From assembly GCF_009914755.1 (NCBI RefSeq), contig NC_060932.1: a stretch of 64,000 bases of DNA; one strand, 5' to 3'. Each line of letters begins with the position of its first letter. Position 1 is the stretch's first letter. Both the position numbers and the translations under genes were made by a program. Of the stretch, positions 58,005 to 64,000 are shown in pieces. The DNA comes from the human T2T-CHM13v2.0 reference genome, Homo sapiens. Below the pieces are notes generated by a model. That model saw only the letters and a program-made list of their open reading frames with translations. It ran no database searches and was not told the origin of the DNA.

Positions 58005-58568
58005 TCTATTAGTCAGGGTTCTCCAGAGAAATAGAATCAATAAGATTTTGTATTACATTATATTATATTATTATACTATACTATATTTATTATAATACTA
58101 TGTTATATATATTATGGAGATTTAGTATACAAATTGGCTCATGGAATTATGGAGGCTGAGAAGTTCCACCATCTGCCGTCTACAAGCTGGAGACCCAAGA
58201 AAGCCAATGGTGCAATTCAGTATTTGTCCCAAGGCCTGAGGACCAGAGCAGCTGATGGTGTAAGTCCCAGTCCAAATTTGAAGGCCGGAGAACCAAGAAC
58301 ACTGATATATGAGGACTGGAAAAGGTGGCTGTCCTAGCTCAAACAGAAGACAGTGAATTCTCCATTTCTGTAACTTGTTATTTATTCGGGCCCTTGGTGG
58401 ATTGCATAATGCTTATCCACACTGGGGAGGGCGATCTTTACTCAGCCTACTGATTCAAATGCTATTTCTTCCGGAAACAGCCTCACAGACACATCCGGAA
58501 AAAGAGTTTCACTAGCTGTCTTGGCACTCTTATCCCAGTCAAGTTGAAAGATAAAATTAATCATTACA
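58005..58568 (-). mobile_element. MLT2B/C-type ERVL LTR
   Basis: tattagtcagggttctccagagaaa...ggaggctgagaagttccac...cccagtcaagttga...aaaattaatcattaca. Confidence 0.82.
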
Positions 58569-58620
58569 AACTTTTCTAATGATATTAACAGAAGTTTTTT
58601 AAAATATAAGCCCTATAATT

Positions 58621-58746
58621 AGGATGATCATATAATTTGTCATCTAAAATAAGCCTCCATTTCAGACTGAAAGTGCACAGTTATTATATTGAGACAAAAG
58701 GAGTAAACTAAGACTTCCTAGGACAAATTAGAACGTAAGATACCCT
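58621..58746 (+). mobile_element. MER94-like hAT-Blackjack MITE
   Basis: aggatgatcatataattt...gacaaattagaacgtaagataccct. Confidence 0.6.
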
Positions 58747-59464
58747 ATGCATAACAATGGTGCAATCTGTGTGTGAAAACAAGGTTATTAAGTTTATAAT
58801 CACATGTTTAGTGGAATTTCATATTGCTGATTACCATAAATGTAAAATTCTTGTATAGAGAGGGAGGGGAACAAATGTATTTTTCTAATTCCATTAATAC
58901 TGTCTTAACCTTGATTTGATTGACTATTTTCAGAGGCTGGAGGAAAAATACAATATGAATTTAAGAAGCAAATCCATATTTGCCCTATGTAGTTGATATT
59001 GGAGAACAGAAGGAAGCTATCACATAAATAGCCTAGCTAAGCCTCAAGTTCAAGAATGTGTGTTCTGAGGAATGTCTTGAGAAGCATAAATTTTGGAAAA
59101 CAGCCAGTGTGTGAAAACCTGCCGGAAAAATGCAAAGGAAGTCCATGGCACAGGCAGTGAGAAGGGCACAGAGAGCCTTTGATAATGCTGGAAGCTTAAA
59201 CAAGCATTTGAAAGAAGTCTAGAGAAGTAAATGGGAAGGGAAAATGAGCATCATTGAATTGGAGACTTACAATAGTTGAATTTCATAGCATGTAAATTAT
59301 ATCCTAATAAAACTGTTAAGAAAAGAATTTTAAAATCCGTGACATAATATTTTGTTTTTATTTCATCACGGCATTTTAAATTTTAGTAACCATATTATTG
59401 TTATAAAAATTAAATCATGGACACAGTTTTTACATGATTTTGTTTGAATAATAGTGCCAGAAAA

Positions 59465-59790
59465 CAGTGATTAATGGCTAATTGTCCTATTGAGGAACTG
59501 TAGGGACATGGCAGAGGGCTCAGTCATTGACCCAGTCCTAATCAGTAATTGTGTGCATTATTTGGATTAAGACATTTAAGGCTGCTTACCAAAATGTTCA
59601 AGTGACCCCAAGCTAAAAGACACTGCTAAGTTAATGACAGAATCAGGATTCAAAATTATATTGACCATTTAGAAAGTTCGACCAAAATCAATACAGTAAA
59701 ATTAAACAGGAATATATATAAAATTCTACCACTAGTAAAAAAGGAAAAAATGAAGTTCAGTGTATCTAAGATAAAAGGAGAAATTTTTCT
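59465..59790 (+). mobile_element. L3/CR1 reverse-transcriptase relic
   Basis: Degenerate VING..GSVIDPVL..D.KL..DRIRIQNYIDHLE..VKLNR..YKIL, matching the CR1 RT pattern GSVLGPVLF/FADDTKL/IQNDLDRLE. Confidence 0.7.
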
Positions 59791-60145
59791 GTTATAGCAG
59801 ACATGAAACTGAATGATTTCAAGCACAAAGGTTATTTATTTCTCATGCCACATGCCATCATGAGTTGGTAACAGGGCTCTGTGCATCAGTCACTGAGATT
59901 TAAGAGCAATGCAGCCCTCATCTCAGTCATTGTTGGTTACTGTGCCAGAAAGAAAGGAAAGTTTGCTAAAAGCCTCATCGGTTCTTAAGACTGCCATCCA
60001 GAAGTTATGCATATAACTTCCTTCCACAATCCATTAGCCAAAGAATGTCATTGAGCCACACTTAATTGCAAGGGGGCAGAGAAGTGCCATTGTATCTGTG
60101 CTCAATGGGTGGATAATCACAAATATCCACCAGTACTAATACCTA
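59790..60145 (-). mobile_element. Old MLT1 (J/K-type) LTR
   Basis: tttatttctcatg...cagaagttatgcatataacttcc...cattagccaaagaatgtca...gcaagggggcagagaagtg. Confidence 0.5.
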
Positions 60146-60181
60146 TTGTAAACTGCATGAACAACAACAAAGATTAATGAC

Positions 60182-60856
60182 TATAGTAAGCAGAATTATC
60201 AGATGATTCCCAAGTTTTCTGAATCCTAACCTCTCCCCCAGAGATACACTCTGTAATCTCCTCCCCTTGAGTGTTGCCTGGACCTGTGGGTACAAAGGAT
60301 ATTACCCCTATGACTGGATTATTTTTTATGACCAAGGCTGGAAAACTTTGCAGATGTAATTAAGGTTTTAAATCAATTGATTTTGAGATAATCAAAAGGG
60401 AGATTATCCTGGCTGGACCTAAGCTAATCAATTGAGCCCTTAGAAAGGACAGGGTCCTGAAAAAAAGTGATTGAAAGCATGAGAAGTATTATTCTGCTGA
60501 CTTTTAAGAAGTCAATTGCCATCAGAGACAGCTAAAGACCTTAGGGCAGCCTCTTGGAGCTGGGAATGACTCCCCCAGCAAACAATAATAAAGAAAATAG
60601 GGATCTTGGTCCTATAACTGAAAGAAATAAAATTGTCTAATAACCTGAATGAGACTGGAAGAGGAAACTAAGATCTAAATGAGAACACAGTCCAGCTAAT
60701 ACATTTATTTCAACCTGAGCCCCTGAGAAAAGAACCGAGTTTCATCAAGTCCAGTCTATTGATCCACAGAAACTATGAGATGATTAAAAAAAAATTGTAT
60801 GTAGTCTTAAGACATTAGCTTGTGGGAATTTGTTGTGCAGCATAGAAAATGAATAT
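60182..60856 (+). mobile_element. MLT1E-type LTR
   Basis: ctccccttgagtgt...tttgcagatgtaattaagg...gggagattatcctgg...gaatttgttgtgcagcatagaaaatgaata. Confidence 0.75.
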
Positions 60857-60999
60857 AATTATAAAAGAACAAGTTCATAATATATGATGTTTTAAAAGCC
60901 AACCACACAAAATACAAAGGACAATGATGATTCAATTTCGCTTTTAAAAAAGTGTATCGTGTATTTGCTTAGGAAAATAATTATGATGTCTAGACAGTT

Positions 61000-61870
61000 C
61001 CGAGTGGAAAAAAAAATCAAACTGTTTTTCCTCTGCTGTCACTCCATAAACAATCAACACAGAAGACTTCTGTGACCAAGTGTGTATGGGGTTTTCCCAC
61101 ACACACACCAAGCAAGCAATCAATTCTACAGCAGCTACTGCTGGGTGTCCTCCAGTTCAGTTCCAATACTATCTAACTGGAGACAGCTTCACATCCCACA
61201 GGGTGAGGGCTCAGTCCCACAAGACTACCCCTCACTTCTGATGTCAACTTCAAGCCCTAAGTTGTTTTACCTGGGCTTCTGACTGACTGGCTATAAATCT
61301 GGGTTCCACGACCTCTTCCTCTGGTTCAAACAATTTGCTAGAGCAGCTCATAGAACCCAGGAAACACTTACGTTTACCAGTTATTATAAAGAATATTGCG
61401 AAGGAAACAGATGAAGCAACTAATTTGGGCAAGATATGTGGGAAGGGACCTGGCGCTTCCATGCTGTTCCCACATGTGCCTCCCTCCAGGAACCTCCACA
61501 TATTCAGCTGTCCGGAGGCTCTCTGAACCCTGTCCTTTTGGGTTTTTATAGAGGCTTCATTAAATAACATGGTTGATTAAACCATTAGGCATTGGTGATC
61601 AACTTACCCTTCAGCCCCTCTCCCCTCCCTGAAGTTTGGGGTGCCGGAGAGGGAGTGAAAGTCCCAACCCTCTAATCATGCTTCAGTCTTTGCCATGACC
61701 AGTCTCCATCCTGAAGCTACACTGAAGCTGCCGCCATCAGTCATGACATCAAAAAAGACATTATCATTGACATACAAAAAAGCATCACTTTGGAGATTGC
61801 AAAGATTTTAGAAGTTGAATGCAAGGATATGGGGATGAAGACAAAATATATATTTCACAATATTATAACA
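61000..61870. mobile_element. MER21-type LTR
   Basis: acacagaagacttctgtgacca...gggctcagtcccacaagactacccc...aatttgctagagcagctcatagaac; orientation not determined. Confidence 0.78.
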
Positions 61871-61986
61871 GTCAAACGTTAACAATTGTGGTTAACGCTG
61901 GAAGCCACTTTGTCCAATATATGCTGTCATATAATTTTGTCTTCATAATATCTTCAAGGTAATTATCTTTATTATCACGTAATTAT

Positions 61987-62862
61987 TGTAAACCAAAAAT
62001 AAAATTCTATCTCCCCAATTGACTGAATAGACCCCCTTTTTGGCCAAGGGGATTCCAAAGAAACCTGAAAAACTAGTTCAGGCCATGATGGGAAGTGAGG
62101 GATCAGACATACCTCATTATACCCTCACTCTCTTTTGAAGTTTAGACACAGCTGATCAGCATTAACATTAAAACACAGATGTTAAGACTGACACACGCTC
62201 TTTGTAGCAATAAGATACCAAATTCCAACCTGCCTCTAGTATAGCATAACATGACAGACAGCAGACCCTGAAAGAAACAAAGTATTTTACCCCAAAATAT
62301 ATTTCTTCGACATATTTTGAAGTGGCCCTGCAAAGCTGTCTCTTGAGAAAATTTATATTCTGTAGAGAATCCCCTTCCCTTTCCAGACCTTTTTCTGATT
62401 CTAAAGAGATTAGCTGTGGGGTTTGGCACTTTTTAAAGGTCTAAATAGGAAACATTTGTCACCTATTGCCTCTAGGGCAGCCACCTATGAGACCTTATTG
62501 CATAATATGAACTATGGTATCTGCTTCTTATTTTAATCCAGACACTACTTTCTATTGATTCCAGGTCTTTAGATAATAACTTAACTCTTTCAACCAATGG
62601 CCAATCAGAAAATCTTTGAATCCACCGATGATCTGGAAGCTCCCAACTCCCCCTTCGAAATGTCTTGCCTTTCTGGACCAAACCAAAGTATACATCACAG
62701 ATATTGACTGATGTCTTATGTCTCCCTAAAACGTATAAAATCAAGCTGTTTGGGCACATGTTCTCAGGGCCTCCTAAGGCTGTGTCATAGGTTATGATCC
62801 TTATCATTGCAAAATAAACTTTGTATTGATTGATACCTGTCTATCATACTTTTGGACTTACA
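61987..62862 (+). mobile_element. MER4-family ERV1 solo LTR
   Basis: tgtaaaccaaaaataaaattcta...aaactagttcaggccatgatgggaag...gcaaaataaactt...ttaca. Confidence 0.85.
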
Positions 62863-63037
62863 TAATGAATCAGGTGACTATTACTTTTGTCAGGTTTTCA
62901 TGTGTTTTCAAAATTTAATAGAGCAAATATGTTTTTCTTTTGTATGTAGATATCAATAAATAAAATATATTTTCATTTAAAAATATTTTGCAAATGTATG
63001 GAAGAGTAGACAGCAATTTACATTTAGGATAACCCAC

Positions 63038-63491
63038 TGTCGACCTAAAGGAAGAAGATGAGGCAGAAAATATAATTTTTAAGTGTTTTCTTGAGCCAAT
63101 ATGAGAACAACTGCCCAAGAAACACTTCCAAGTTGCCTTGGGGAGTGGTCCGTTCAGCCTTTATTACAAGTAGGTTTCTAAAGGCAAAAGGAAACAAGGA
63201 GTGGGCTGAACTAAGCTGGAATTCTCATTGGTTTTCAGAAATAACATTGAATAGTGATTAGCTGTACACTGTTGAACTATAATAGGGTATGAGTTATGGT
63301 GTACAGCATTGTTAGGTTAATGTATGGCTACTTGGTGTTGGTCAATCTAAAGCCCACATAGCAAGTAGCTTCAAGAGGTGATTAGTTAGCTCAAGGGGAA
63401 GTGAGATGTTCCCATTTCAATGCCTCTCTGGGCCTGATCATTTAAAGGGGCTCATAGTTCTCAGATAAAAAGTTTCTTTTCTTTCTCAACA
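63038..63491 (-). mobile_element. ERV1 MER4-group LTR (MER49/MER39-like; subfamily uncertain)
   Basis: Reverse complement begins tgttgagaaagaaaagaaactttttatctgag...tttaaatgatcaggcccagagaggcatt; tg...ca ends. Confidence 0.65.
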
Positions 63492-64000
63492 CAAACTATG
63501 AACATGGCCACAAATCTAATGTGATCTAGCAATTAAATGAGACCATAAAATAACCTTAGCCATCTTAATCTAATATTCTAATAGTCTTTCTTGCACTGAA
63601 CTGGATAGTTTGGTATGATTTATCAAATTCCATTTCCCCTTTCTTTTAGTTCACTTGTCTCAACCATATTTCCCAATCTCTCCTGAACTTTGGCATGATC
63701 CTATGAGCCCTAGTTTGTACAATGAGATTCAAAGTAACATATATCACCAGATATGTGCTAGATCTCGCACATAAAAGCCTTCCTTTCTTGATCCTTCATT
63801 ATGTTCTGTCCTCCCACTGGCTAACTGGGAGGTCATGCAGGGTGCCCCTAGAAGCCTGTGTTAATGATAGCAGAATCTGGGTCTCTGAAAGGCTATTGGA
63901 GCTTAACCCGCTAAGCCATCCCAGTCATCTGTAACTGTTCTAGACAGTTACATGAATGACAGATGTATTTCTTTTGTTTTGTGTTATTATATTACACTTT

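Overview
Human-type (primate), AT-rich, repeat-dominated genomic DNA. It contains one intact gene: the intronless, minus-strand WD40/DCAF retrogene DCAF4L2 (26143-27330, 395 aa; recalled locus chr8q21.3). The main observation is that the ~280 bp upstream of its ATG is the frameshifted remnant of the parental DCAF4 N-terminal coding sequence. That remnant still has the ancestral ATG and now carries NRF1-, E2F- and ETS-like motifs, suggesting a promoter made from former CDS. Tail-to-tail with the gene is an old processed KRAB-zinc-finger pseudogene (about 20205-23430) that appears to lack the KRAB-A exon and is interrupted by MLT1B, a MER76-like LTR and a trimeric Alu. The rest is nested L1s, many Alus (one very young), MaLR/ERVL/ERV1 LTRs, an ERVL pol fossil, hAT elements and MIR/L2/CR1 relics. 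There is also a 25-nt tailless U6 retrocopy, an AT-rich palindrome and several small local duplications. Repeat subfamilies and parental sequences were recognised from memory, not by database search. Boundaries of old repeats are approximate.
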